A DNA stretch of 63,673 bases, filler included, from Intoshia linei (lineage: Eukaryota > Animalia > Orthonectida), in NCBI GenBank assembly GCA_001642005.1. It is 7 parts of 7 records of this genome, joined end to end, with 100 filler letters (N's around TTAATTAATTAA, not from the genome) between each part and the next. Parts side by side here need not be neighbours in the genome. Positions count along the whole stretch, not along the records: positions 33,673 to 47,218 come from LWCA01001006.1; positions 47,319 to 51,952 come from LWCA01001896.1; 5 more parts are not named here. One strand, given 5' to 3'. The notes beneath the pieces are model-generated. The model saw only the letters and a program-made list of their open reading frames with translations, had not been told where the DNA came from and searched no databases. The translations under genes and the position numbers were made by a program. Of this stretch, positions 38,267-51,589 are shown piece after piece. Position 1 is the stretch's first letter, and each line of letters begins with the position of its first letter.

Positions 38267-39034
38267 CTAGTTAATTATCTTACTTGAATGATAATAAAAA
38301 TTACATTCACTTTGTGAATCATATTCAGCTTCGTCTTTACCGTCCTCTGAATCACTATCATTTATAGATTTATTAACATAAGATTGTAAAAGCACTCCAC
38401 GTGGTTCTTGAGGTTTTACGTTAATTTGTACAGTTTGGTTAATACTAATTTGAATTGTTGAGCTGTTTTTGACTTTAAGCTTAATAATTCTGGGTTGGCT
38501 CTTGACGATTTCTGTGGATTTTCTTTCTGTAAAAACATCAGTAATTTTTTCGTCACTAGTGTCTGAGTCTTCAGCTTCTAATATATTTACATCTGAATAT
38601 TCGCTTTCAGGGTCAACATGACCACAGTCTGAGTATTTGGAAAAACCAGAGTATGTATTTTCATTTGCAGATTGATCGTCACTTTCATCAGAACTATCAG
38701 TTTCCGATTCACTAGTGTACGATCCAGAGTCAAATTTACATTCACATTCACGCTTTATTGTATAAACTTCATCGAAAGCGCAAGCTCGGTTTCTAGCACT
38801 AATTACATTTAACTGTTGAATAACATCGTGGAAATTTTCTGCTACAGCTTCTTCATGATACATTTCAACCTTATATTCATATACTAGACGAGTGTACAAT
38901 TGAGTAAGTAAGAGAGAGCGTAGCATGCTAGCGTCGTTTGATACGGCCATATCAATGAGCTTTTTTTTGGTTAAACCCAAAATGGCAAATATTTCATTTG
39001 ACCGTTTATATTTTTTACTATTTTGGATGTTCAT
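38267..39034 (-). CDS. Intronless acidic protein with a SERTA/IER-like N-terminal helical motif
   Basis: 255-aa ATG-initiated ORF. IFAILGLTKKKL...DASMLRSLLLTQLYTRLVYE followed by an S/D/E-rich disordered tail. The family assignment is tentative. Confidence 0.7.
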   Translation of the reverse strand: MNIQNSKKYKRSNEIFAILGLTKKKLIDMAVSNDASMLRSLLLTQLYTRLVYEYKVEMYHEEAVAENFHDVIQQLNVISARNRACAFDEVYTIKRECECKFDSGSYTSESETDSSDESDDQSANENTYSGFSKYSDCGHVDPESEYSDVNILEAEDSDTSDEKITDVFTERKSTEIVKSQPRIIKLKVKNSSTIQISINQTVQINVKPQEPRGVLLQSYVNKSINDSDSEDGKDEAEYDSQSECNFYYHSSKIIN

Positions 39035-39171
39035 AAAAATAATAGATATATTAAGAAAATTCAGACAAATATTTACTTAGTTAGAACATGGCAATGAAAT
39101 TTTAATAAAACCATTTACATAATTACAAAATACAAAACGTGTTGGATATTTTCTGAACGCGTCATGAACTG

Positions 39172-42100
39172 CTATCGTTTAATTTTCGTCTTTTTTGTTT
39201 CTATATAAAAAGGCATTAATTAAATGCTGTTAAATAAACCATAAAATTTAAAACCTTATGCTTAACAGGTGTCTAAAATAATTATTAAACAATGAATTTC
39301 AAAAATTACTTTTTCTACACTATCCGAGCTGGAACTGGATTCATCTTTGAATGTTTTCAAACGATTCTATATTTTATTAATATAGATTAAACAAACTTAA
39401 CCTTCGTGATTGCTTTTGACTTGGAAAGGTTTTCAATCTTTATGTTTGCATTCTAAACAAATATTAAATATGTTAATCAGCAGTACTTCAATTTTGACAT
39501 CTTTGGATAAAGGAACCTTGTAATTTAATTTTGGAATTACAGTTGATCTGTCACCACCATATACAGCTTCTGGAGCTTCATCGGTTTTTTTAAATTTACT
39601 ATTTCAAAGTATTAAATTTAAATTCCAAAGTAAACCTATAATCTCTGAAGTAGTAAGGCCAATTAGAAGGCGTCAAAGCATTGGCTGTACCGTCCTTGTT
39701 TAACATGCCGTCAGATATCATTTTTCTTTTAAGTTCACTCTATAAGTTGACTTAATTTATAGTAACATTAATTTATACCACTGGCCCAAGACCCCATTTT
39801 CGTGGATATATGTCGCGGTCCATTATGACTCGTTTTAATTTTGCTACAATTCCATGATCACAGCTAGCCATAACGGCAGTTGTCATCAATGCAATAGCTA
39901 TTTTATAATTATTTCTGAAACTAAAAAAATATTTACCGAGAGCTATTGCTTCGCCTTTCGTTGATACCAAAACAATGGTGGAATTAATTTCAATGTCGTC
40001 ATCAAATCGGAGCACACAAGGTAGCATGGGTTTTGCTCCATAACAAATTGCATTAATCTAAACACGATTAGTTCAGCGTTTCCCGATTGGAGTCTTTGGA
40101 CCTTTTGGGGTCCAAAACTATATGCATGAGGTCCGTGAGGTTTAAATAAAATATAAAAAAAATTTATCAACTTTTGTTATATTTATAAGACAGTTGTTAA
40201 TATTTATTACAGATTTGACAAATGTTGGGAATTTATCCCAAAGCCTAGATGACCGCTAAATTATTTTTTAAAAACTCCCACTTTTATCCCACCATTAATA
40301 CAATTTAATAAACAATAATATTTCAAATCCTCAAGAAAAAATAGACTTATACCGATATTTCCTAGAAAAATCCACAAAATCAAACCCCAAAATAAAAATC
40401 GCGTTTTATAAAAACACCATTTTACCAAATTTTATGACAAAAACCTCCTATTCCAACTCCAAAATAAAAATCCACTTTTACCAACGCGTAAGGGAAATAT
40501 CCCCAATTTCAATATTTTTTTAAAAAATCCGATTTTACCAAATCTTGAGATACAACTTCCTAATCTAAAACCAACATAATAAATCCCATTTACTAACTCT
40601 AACATTTAATGAAAAAATCCCCATGTTCCAATATTTTTTTGAAAAACACGATTTTACCAAATGATATCACAAAAAACCTTTAAATTTTTCATAAAGATTT
40701 CATATCATGTTTTTTTGGGTCCAAAAAATAAATATTTTAAAATAGGGATCTGTAAACTATTTAAATCGTGTACCACTAGTTTAATTGAACTCAATAAACT
40801 TGTAAACAATTCTCTTAAAAACGTAATAATACCGAAGAATCTTTAATAATTATTCTTTTGTGACTGACTAGCAAAGCTTCCAATGGGTTTATGACACTTC
40901 TTAAATATTTTTCATCCTTCGTCGTGTCCAACAAATACTGAGCGTCCATAACATCATGCATCGTTACCAGATTATCCTATTAAATTATAATAAAACAAAC
41001 TAATTGGGTAAATTAAATACCTTTTCTGATAATATTCCAGAACGAACCCTACGCAATTCCTGCATTTGAGCACCAACTCCCAATAAGAGTCCCATGTGAA
41101 TACAATAAGATCTTATATAAGTTCCAGCTTCACATTTTAACCATAAAACTCCCAATCCGTTTTCTGCGTCGTATTCAAGCAATTTACTTTCATATATAGT
41201 ACGAATTCTCAGTTGTCTTTTTACGGCAGATATCAATGGTGGTCTTTGAAATAGTGCACCAGTTAGAGTTTCCATAGCCTAGTTAATTATGTAATAAAAT
41301 TAATTATTTTTATAATCATTCATTCACAACAACGTCGAGTAATGGGTCTCAGGATAATGGCCATTGTATGAAAATAAATTATATAATTTTTAGAACCGCT
41401 ACATTTCACAGAATACAGTATTAAATACTATTAATGCAGGGTTGGGAACTCTGCTCATATAAATTGAAGGGCATGTTAGTTTCTTAGGGTTATATTACCT
41501 ACACTTTTTTTAGTATCAAAACGGCATCATATAGGTAACGAGCGCCATTTAATTTATGTTAATTGATTAACGTTAATTAATTTTGGATTTTGAAAGCTTT
41601 TTTAATTTTCTTTCGCTAATACACTGCGTGGCAAGAATAATTAATTCGTCCTCCGTAACGTCAATTAATATTTTTGTTAGAGCCCCAATTTTAAATTGTT
41701 CCACCTGCAAATCAGTTAAATTTACGCTGCAATCCAAAACGTTGGACTGCTTTTCATCAGAAATTGATACTACACTTTCATCGCTCACATCCGACATTTT
41801 TTCAATGTTTTCAGAATTGTTTAATTCCTCATCGGTAATACTTGCTTCCATTTTTTTTACGTTCCATTATTGCCAGTCCGTCCCTAATCCAAGCTGGTAA
41901 GTTTTTAACTTTATTTATTGATTTTTCGACAAGTAATTCTTCTGTAATCGAACCAATATTCTGACTATTTTTAACACAAACCTGTTGATTCTCATAATGA
42001 CTTACACCTATTGGCATTCCATAAACAGTAGGGTCCTGGTATGCATTTACGGGTTTCTGATACATGTAAAGATAAAGCGGAGGTTGTATGAAAGGTTGAT

Positions 42101-45100
42101 TGGCAGCTGCGTTGGATGAGTGATTATTTCGATAATTAGGCATTGGCTGGAATTCTGCCGGGTAATTTTGAAATACTGATGGATCTCTTAGCTCTGGTCT
42201 CGTGTAAATGTTTAACGTGTTGGGTAAGTAGTTGGACATGGGTACGTTTTGTTGTATGACGCTAGGTCGATTTTGACTGTGGTTATATTGGTACACATTT
42301 AATTTGACTCATGTTGCAAATTGCTAACTTCTTTGTAATTGTAAACATCCGAATTTACGTTTCGATTTTCAGATGCATGAATTGAAATTCCAATAAAATT
42401 AATTGATTATTTAATTAACGTTAAATTTAGAATATCAATTCAAGAGCTTAGAGAAGTGGCAAGGGGCTACATGACACTATGCATCGCTTGTGAAAAAAAT
42501 GTTATAGCTTATTTTTCATTTTCCAAATTTATGGCCCGAGCTGGATAGGTTAGGCTCTCGTGACAACAATTTTACTAACTAAAGAAATACAAATTTTTTC
42601 CCAATATTGTCGATTCTCTGATACGCCTATATAAAATAATTTTAAGTTTAGACAGCAGCTTAGCAGTGGTTCCCGATTCCAATAATGCACAGACCCCATT
42701 TCAAAATATTTATTTTTTTGGATCCAAAAGGAAACAAAACATTTAAAAAAAAATTAAAGGTTTTTTATCATAAGATTCGATAATTTTTTTTTTAAATCGT
42801 TTTTCAAAAAAATATTAATACAAATCGATTTTTCCCTGGGTAATTGAAATAGTAGAATAAAAGTGGTGGTTTTGAAATAATAATGTAGCGGTAGTATAGG
42901 CTTTGTGATAAATTCCAAACATCTGCCAATTCTGTAGTAACTATTAAACATAAAGAAAACTGGTAAAATTTTTTTTATATTTTATTTGAATCTCACAGAC
43001 CCAGAAATATAGTTTTACAAAAATTGATTTTTGTTGAAAATACTCTATACCACGCTGAAGAGGCTACTTAAAAATCACTAAAAAATATATTTTTTAAGCT
43101 ATAATTAAAAAAACATTAAGCGGTTTTCTTTTTTAAGCTTTTCGCGCTCTTTCTCCCCGTTTTCTTAATTGGCGCCAATGATTTTATTTTAAACATAGAT
43201 ACGACTAATGTACGACCCACTAAGACATATACCAAATTTAGAGAGAAAAAATGAAATATTTAACCTCATGTTTGACTAGGGCGTCTTTTCCATAAAAAGG
43301 GGTTTTTGTAATATTGGTAAAATATAAAAATTTTAATTATTCAAAAAACCATTTTAAGGTCAGTCACTTGAAGTCTCAGTGAATTGCTTTTTTACGCTAG
43401 TTGTGAACGCTGCAATAATAATAGTTTGAAGAGTTGTAATTTTGCAAATACTTGCGTTGCAATTTTTTTATACAAGTATTATTACCTTCAGGACTTTATT
43501 TTCATTTTTGACTGCTGTATGAAACTTTATAATACACACGTATTCTTTTCCAGCATTTTGTTGCGATTTGACCAATCTGAATATAGTATTTAAATATTTG
43601 AAATAAAATATAACCCACATTTTATAAATTTTTTCAATTGAATTTATATTAATTGAAAACAAATAATCGTGAAATATTATACCTTGTAGCTCGGTCAATA
43701 CACACAATTAAACATCCACTAACTTTTGGGTCCAATGTTCCACTGTGACCAGTTTTATGGACACGTAAAATTTTTTTTACCCACGCGACAACTTCATGAG
43801 ATGATGGATTAGCTGGTTTATCCAAATTAATAAAACCAGACCTAAATTAAATAAATAAAAATTTAAATAAACCCAACACATTATCAATGTGTATTAATAT
43901 CGATAAAAAATAAATCATGCTACTTATAAGTTATAACAGTGATGGCAGCCAACTAAAACTAGGTGTGTTAAATTTGATACTAATTTCATAAATTTTTATC
44001 TAGTGTGTTTTCATTAACAGTGCGCGACACCTATTAGGAGGATGTAAATAAATACGCATCTAAATAAAAATTAAAATGTTGAACTGTGAAAATGTATCAA
44101 TACTATAAAAATTTTAAATTTAACGTTAAAGGCCTAAATTTTATCTTTATCATTGAAAATTTTTTAAATAAACAATAACCATGAACATTAAATTTAAACT
44201 AAAAAAATGACTGATTTCACTTTTTATTACGTTTTTATAATTTAAAAATTTCAATTCCATCAAATTTTTAATCTTTGTTAATTAAAATTAATAAAAAGTG
44301 ATATGCTTGTTGATCGGCTATATGAGGAAATAAACTATGAAGGTGATCTATCTGATGAATATCAAAAGTTTCGATGAATCTACTGAATAAAGTTCAGATG
44401 ATGATAGAGAATCTGATTCTGATGACCTTATTTGATAAATATACATTTTAATTGTTGATTTATAATATAAATCTTTCTATAACATTACATTTAAAAAATA
44501 TTTTAATATTTTGGGTAAAATTACTTTCCAATCCTAACACTTAATTTTAACTTTAAATAAGCTTGATAAACTTTTTGAAATTATTAAAAAAGATACTTGG
44601 CTTGGTCATACGGTACATAAAAAATAGAAACATTATGTATAACAGAATTGACTATTTTCGTTGTAAAAATTATAATTTTAATAAAAGCAAAATATCAGGT
44701 ATTTGACTGAATATCTAAAATTTATTTGCATATTTTTTGTCGATCCTATTACATCATTTGTGAATATAAAGAAAGTTCAATGTAAAACAAAATATATCTG
44801 ACAAAATCTGAATAATTATAAGTTATATTTTACAACCAAAAGATTACATTATCAATATGAATTGAACTTATATATTTATTATAATATTAATATCACTAGT
44901 ATGATTGGTTAATGTTTAATAGTCTGTATCTTGAAAAATATGTATATTTGACTACTAAAATTTTTCCAGTTACCCGTTAAATGGTGATTTTTATAATAGC
45001 TTTTTTGTTTTGTTATATTTTTGAGTGTTGTGAACCATAATTACATTTTATTAATTAGCTCGTTCATTTCCAATTTTTTTATAATTCAAAATATTTACGC

Positions 45101-46431
45101 TGTATTAATTAAGTTATTACAAAAATTTCTATGCCACTAAAAATAATATATATCCATTATTAGAGATTTTAATTTGATCCTCCTAATAGGTGTCGCGCAC
45201 TGTAAAAAAATATTAGGTCAATCAAAACCGTCAATTAAATCGAACAACTTGATGGAAACTGAGCTAAAAAAATAATTTTTATATTTATTTAGATTTAAAA
45301 AATTGATTCTATCATGAATTTTTTCAATTTAGGGAAATATTTGTAATCTTTATTTTTTATATCACGATAGAATATTGATAATTTACAGTCAAATGCCTTA
45401 ATAATACTAAACATTACAAGTCTTACCGTGCCATTGAAATTTAAGGTTAAATTCATTTAAATGCAAGGAAAGATCAGTAAAAAACATAAGACTAACAATC
45501 CAATCGTTATTATCTAATTGAGAGTTATCTTTATATCTTAAAAATGTTTTAATTTCGGATAAGCATTCCACAAAGCGCTCAAGAACTTTACTTCTACTGA
45601 ACTTTTGATATTGCTGTACATAAGCAGTCCATTACAACTTGATTCTACTTCCTTTAACATCAAAGTGAATTCTCTTTTGTGTAAGGCGCGTGCTTAGATG
45701 TAATTAATGATTTTCGTTACAGTGATAACAACCATATTTAAGTGACTCACAGCTGTTTTAGAGCAACTTACTTCTTGGTGTATAATGCAATAAAATACAA
45801 CGAAAAAATGACCCACAAAATTTGAAAAATTGGCTATTAATCTTAAAATTTTATAGATCATTTTAGATGTATTAAAATATCGTTAATTATTTTATTAATA
45901 TTTTTTATTTGAAGTCAAATTATATATTTTTTCAAGTGTGTAAAAAAAATGTCAAGTGTGTATTTTTTACACGCAAATACGTACTTTGCCATCACTAAGT
46001 TATAACATTAAATTCATAAAGTAAATATACCGAATGTAATCTTCTATTTTCCTTTTATGTGGTGTGCAACCTACTGGTATAGGCGTATACCTCGAACAAC
46101 GTATATTCATTTTATTAAAATTCTAAATACATTAAATTTAAATTTAATTAATCAAATTAAATCAATCATAATTCAACAATTTAGGTAATATTTAAAAAGT
46201 TGTTATTATTTACATTTAAAAATTACGCTGTAAATGCTATTTATTTTTAATTTTTTAGTCAAATTTAAATTTACTTTTAATAAAAGTGGCCATTCCTCGG
46301 AATTAAAACTTTTTTCCATTTCTTCTACGGAATTTTTGTCTACGCATTTGCTTGCTAAATGTATCATATGATGAGTAGTTACAATGTATGTAAGTGTATA
46401 TAAATAAGCATTATAAAAGCATACCTATCAT
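39172..46431 (-). CDS. DKC1: H/ACA RNP pseudouridine synthase dyskerin (Cbf5/Nop60B)
   Basis: Exons encode SEEWPLLLK|[29 protein letters not shown]...[12 protein letters not shown] (catalytic Asp intact), [33 protein letters not shown]...CEAGTYIR, the PUA domain, [18 protein letters not shown] and a K-rich tail. Terminal exon limits are approximate. Confidence 0.95.
40074..40778 (-). mobile_element. Charlie-like hAT MITE family B in a DKC1 intron
   Basis: Ends cagcgtttcccga / tcgtgtaccacta. Degenerate 8-bp flanks gattagtt/gtttaatt. Another partial copy at 42664-~43020. Confidence 0.7.
41573..42380 (-). pseudogene. PNISR: PNISR (SFRS18/SRrp130)-like frameshifted fragment nested in a DKC1 intron
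   Basis: [18 protein letters not shown] (PNISR LPAWIREGLEKMEREK) and [18 protein letters not shown] (LLTEILLDVTDEEIYYVA) lie in different frames, joined at the T8 run 41851-41858. Confidence 0.75.
43937..45997 (-). mobile_element. Decayed hAT (Buster/GTF2IRD2-type) transposon in a DKC1 intron
   Basis: TIR cagtgatggca/tgccatcacta and perfect 8-bp TSD agttataa. Remnant at ~45540-45820: [12 protein letters not shown]...[16 protein letters not shown].../SRSKVLERF. Confidence 0.9.
44018..45202. mobile_element. TIR element nested in the hAT copy; perfect 26-bp TIR CAGTGCGCGACACCTATTAGGAGGAT
   Basis: TIRs at 44018-44043 and 45177-45202, flanked by TAA on both sides. Superfamily uncertain. Confidence 0.85.
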
Positions 46432-48739
46432 ATTGAGTGATAATACGAACAGTTTATAAATAAAACTTTATTATATTCAATAATACTCGCAAGCTATGAG
46501 ATTAATAGGTTATTTTCGTGTCTATTAATTTTATTTGTCTTTTAGAATTGGAATTAGGGAATGGAATAGTTAGTATTGTTTAATGTTTGCATATAATTGT
46601 ATAATATACGGCGTACCATATTAAACGAAATATCAGACATACATTGTACGTTTGTCATCAAGAATTCCAAAAAATTATTTTAATGTTTTTGTTACATTAT
46701 TTTTATGTGCTAACTAACATTACTGCTATTTATTTTTTTACAAATAACGGCAAGGACAGCTTAAACCAGGCGGAATACGACACATTCTAATAAAAAAGAT
46801 TGTAGGCGGGATTTTTTTTTTGCTCTAAGATATATAATAATATGTTTGTCATCAGAAATTACTCTTTCATCGAATACACACTTGTCCATATTTCGTTAAT
46901 GAAATATATAATGAAATAAATATCATGAAAAGGTTATTATCAGTAAAAACTAGTGACCAAAAAGTTTCAAAATCAACAGAACGAAGAAAAAGAAAATTTG
47001 GCAATTGAGTGGTGGTAATTACGATGAAAAAAAATTTTCAAATATATATAATCAAGAAAAAAAAATGGAAATTCAACTATTTGATGTTATTTTATTTTTT
47101 TATTATTATATTGTACTAGCTTGGCAGTTTTGTACTACCTACAAACAGCACCTAGCTCTACCGAAGGCACTCTTTTATTATATCAAAAAAATAAATTCAC
47201 GTTGAAAATCTAACTTAANNNNNNNNNNNNNNNNNNNNNNNNNNNNNNNNNNNNNNNNNNNNTTAATTAATTAANNNNNNNNNNNNNNNNNNNNNNNNNN
47301 NNNNNNNNNNNNNNNNNNTCGTGAATGTCTTGTATTTGAATGAATTTATTATATTGTAAATAACCAGAATTCTATAAATTAAATCGTTAATAAAATCCAA
47401 AAAAATTGAGCTAGAAACAAATAAACTGTATAACTAAACATGGAGAACAGTATTATAAAGGCGGTACCACGTTTAAAAGCTCAAACGCCGATTTCCGTTA
47501 AAATAAAGTTCAGTTTTAATTTCTTAATAATATTTATACAGTGATATGTAAAATGACAAACGCAACTCGAATAGATAGCGTTAAATATTTTTGATTGCGA
47601 ATTAGTTTTTCTATTTTAAAAGTACACACTTATAGTGCTAATTGCCCATCGAATTCAAAAATTTTCCAAAAAATGTGACACCCTACTGTAGTGTTATAAT
47701 TAAATTAACAGTGAATAAAATTAATAAACTAACAGAGCACTGTTTGCATCCTGAGATTCGTAAATTTTTTTGTGTAACAGTCATATTACAATTCAATACA
47801 TGAAACACAATTTTTAATTTATATTGAAAATGTAACAATTTCAGTGTGTAAATAGTAATAATTAGTTATTAATTAGTAATATTAGTAAAGTAAACTTATG
47901 ATTTCATCTTAAAGTCATTCAGTGTACTTTTGGAATAGACAATTACTAATATTACGAATTAAACAGTTCAATATATGCAACGTACATGTTCTTGCAGACC
48001 CACCAATTATTTTGTCTACAAGCCGCCACTGACCTTAAATATAACTTAATACTGTAATATTAGCAAATATTTTTGATAGTAAATTTCATTCAAATAATAT
48101 TGTAAGTTTTTACGGTCTATAAAATTACAATAATTTTAATAAAATTCATAAAAATAAAATTATTTACATTCTATCCAAAATAAAAATAATATCTAAATGA
48201 TAACAATAAAAGGAATTATTGAAAAGCTCAGCAACATACACTATTTAAATTTGTAATAGACCAAGATTCTGAGTTTGATTTATATCATTTCGTTTTTTAA
48301 AGTTAATCAATATTATTCTTAATCCATAAAATAAAACAGATACAATCATACAAAAACGTGAGTTTTTTTAAAACATAACATAAATTACGGTAGGCTTGCA
48401 TTACGCCCCGTTTAATAAAAAATATTTCCCTTAAATTTTTACTTTTTTAGAACAAACTTAAACTTGACCTTTTATAAACAAGGCGATAATTGAACATATC
48501 ATCCAAAATATACCATCTAATAAATTATAATACATAAGTAATGTAAAATTACATAAGTATCTTTGTAATCATACATTTTTCTAAAATCAATTTAATATTT
48601 TTTTTAAATGTCTAAACCATAATATCTATCAACCTTTGCACAAGTATTCATAGTTAAACCTATCAAGCATATAAAAATTAGAATAGCCATTTAAATATAT
48701 CAGTATAAACTTTGTAAAGTCAAATAAATAAAAAGTTAT

Positions 48740-50800
48740 TTACAATTTTATTTGACTTTTGTATTCAGAGTCTAATTCAGACACATTTATTAATCTATAA
48801 TTTAATTATTTATTTTTCAAGGTTATTTTGGTTTATTTTTGTTAAACATTTCAGATAATTGTTTCATAACATCTTTATGAGACTTTTCATTTCTTGTTTT
48901 AATTGTTGAATAGTTTTCCTTTACATATTGAGCAAATGAAGATATTTTCCGCGGTTCAAATTTGATTAAATTTTTTTTATTCTTTTTTTCTTCAATTAAT
49001 ACAACAATTTTACCATTACACTTGGAGCAACCGCCATTTTCAACCTTTAGATTTCTTTTGAATCTACCCTCCCTAAAAATAAAAATTTCTTAATTTTAAA
49101 AAAAATCACTGTAATTGACAATTTTCACATCTATAATAGAATTTATAATTAATTGCATAGGAATGGCAAGTTTCAACTACCGGTATTTTGCTAAATACGC
49201 TTTTTGATTTTATTACACTAAAATTTTGATTTTTATCATTTATCATTATTTTTTAAACTATTTTTTCCATAAATGTCCGTGGCCATGGTGGATGTCTTTG
49301 TCGATCAAAAACACAGCCCCATGACACATTTCGTGTAATAACGTATCGCGTATTCTGTCTAAAATTAATTGTTAAAAATTAATGGTATGCAAGATATGGC
49401 TGTTTGTTATTAAATGAAAGGTGGTAAGTAAAATAAACTACTCGGTTTAAATTCTAACCTGGACTATCACAAACTTTGCATGATAATTCTATATGACACG
49501 TAATAATTTTTTCTCCACATTTAACATTTTTTTTACCAATACATCGACCAGATGTTTTGATTAATCGTTTATTCCATGAGGTAGAAAGTAAACTTGATAA
49601 ATTCTATAACATTTTAACCAAAAAAATAAAAAATTACATTAATTTGAAAAATCCATTTATTGTAAATATATATACATTTTTCAGTTATTAATTTTCTATC
49701 GGTTATCCATGATTTTCTAAAGTTTAAAAAATTATAAATATAGTTGAAAATTTACTTTAATTTTGTTTCATTACTTAACGATTCTATATATTCACAATCT
49801 ATTCTATACTCCAAGTTATCTTTCATTTTTGGAGTGGAAATCTACAATATTGAGTACTATTTCGAAAATATAAATACTTTATCGGAAGCCAATTTGTTTT
49901 TGAATTTTTCATATCGAATTGATGTATCAGTCTATTAATTTTAAACAGAATTATCACGTAATAAAAACACATTTAAAACAGCATTTCACCAACGTTTGAC
50001 CCTTGGAAGCGTCAACAAGACAGCGAAACAAAAATCGTAATATTTCAAATTTTACAAGTACATTTTGTATATTTTGAATACCGACTTTTCAGATTTGATA
50101 ATTCTCGCGGGTCTATATCAGTTGTTGAAGCGCACCCTCTGATTAAGGGAAACGCTACCGTAAAGTGCAGTACACAATTAAAAAAGTAGTAACCTCTTTT
50201 TCTTTTAAAATTTTATCAATTTTTGGTTCTTTTTCATTGTCGTACATTGAAAAATATATTTTACTATTTAAAATTGTAAATTTTAACACAAAAAATTAAA
50301 ACGCAATAATATATTTATAATAATATAATAATTACATATTTTAATAAATTAAATTAATTTCAAAATAATTTTGATTGTTATATATAAATTAAGTTACATA
50401 AGAGTTACATAAATTTTAGTAAATAAAACTTACTTTTTTTTAGTTTCACGTAACGAATCATCTTCAGATTCCGTCTTTTCGTCCACGTTTACTGTTAAAG
50501 GTATACTTTTATCGTCAAAACTGATATAATTGTCTGGAACTATAAAACTAAAAAAAATTATATTCATATTTATACATATAATTCTATTTTGATAAATTTA
50601 AATATTAGAAACCTATATAAAGATTTTTCTAATGAAGTTTCGTCGACAATATTACATGAATCAATTGAGAGATTTATACTATCTAATATACTTTCATCTT
50701 CGCTGTCATTATTCAGTTCATAACTAACATAGTCATTTGATACAATAAAGCTAGATCTAAAAATTTTATATTTATTTTCAAGCAAAAGTAAACTTTTTAA
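48740..50800 (-). CDS. GCNA: GCNA/ACRC SprT-family metalloprotease (acidic region, SprT, Zn ribbon, HMG-like box)
   Basis: Exons: SWNKRLIKTSGRC...IELSCKVCDSP, RIRDTLLHEMCHGAVFLID...GHGHLWKK (HExxH), TCHSYAINYKFYYRCENC, CSKCNGKI, FAQYVKENYSTIK...SHKDVMKQLSEMF. Acidic upstream exons. Start codon not fixed. Confidence 0.88.
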
Positions 50801-51136
50801 GTATCAAAAGTGGACATCGTAAAGTACATGCGTGTATCAATAATTTAAAGTGACCAATTTAAAATTTAATTTAATTTAAATTCACTCTTATTCATTAAAT
50901 TTTTAATTTTAGTAAAATAATTAAATTAATAATTAATTTAATCATGTTTTTTGATTGTTCAAAATAATATCGAAAAAGGGATTTTTTACCATCATTGTTG
51001 ATAAATTTGATTTTTTATTTTGTCGTTGGATTAAGAGTTTTTTTGCTTAAGGTTTGGTAAGATCGAATTTTTCAATACCACCAATACTGGTACTAATACA
51101 CGCACTTGCTGGTAACACCTTTGGTTATTCAACATA

Positions 51137-51465
51137 GAGTGTCTACTTAAATCCAACCATTTTAACTAAAAATCTAAATTTACCAACCCTTTATGGAAAA
51201 TTCCTGTTTTACTATACCTTAAGGAAAAAATCGAGTTTTACCAACCCTAAAACGAAAAATCCAGTTCTTCCAAACCCTACAAGGAAATGGATTATGGAAA
51301 TTAATGGTAAATAAAAATTGGATTTCTTCCTAAAGAGTTGGTAAAATTGAAATTTTCACTTAGGGGTTTGTGAAAATGAATTTTTCCCTTAAAGGTTGGT
51401 AAAACTGGATTTTTAGTAAAAATAAATGGAATTAAGTAAAAATGGTTGCATTTAAGAATATTCTC
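51137..51465. mobile_element. Second, shorter Mutator/Foldback-like copy
   Basis: GAG...CTC termini, perfect 9-bp TSD ttcaacata, same 30-bp subrepeats as 14389-15066. Confidence 0.8.
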
Positions 51466-51589
51466 TTCAACATAATATTCATTGTTATTGGAATGAAATT
51501 TAAAGTACATATAAATGTAAATTTATAAAAATATTTCATACATGATGACAATAATATAATTAAGACTAAATTGAATTTTTTTTCAATTG

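Noticed and set aside
48240-48700. Hydrophobic - strand exon-like blocks downstream of GCNA
   Set aside because: They may be a small membrane-protein gene, but the frames contain stops and no family was recognisable.
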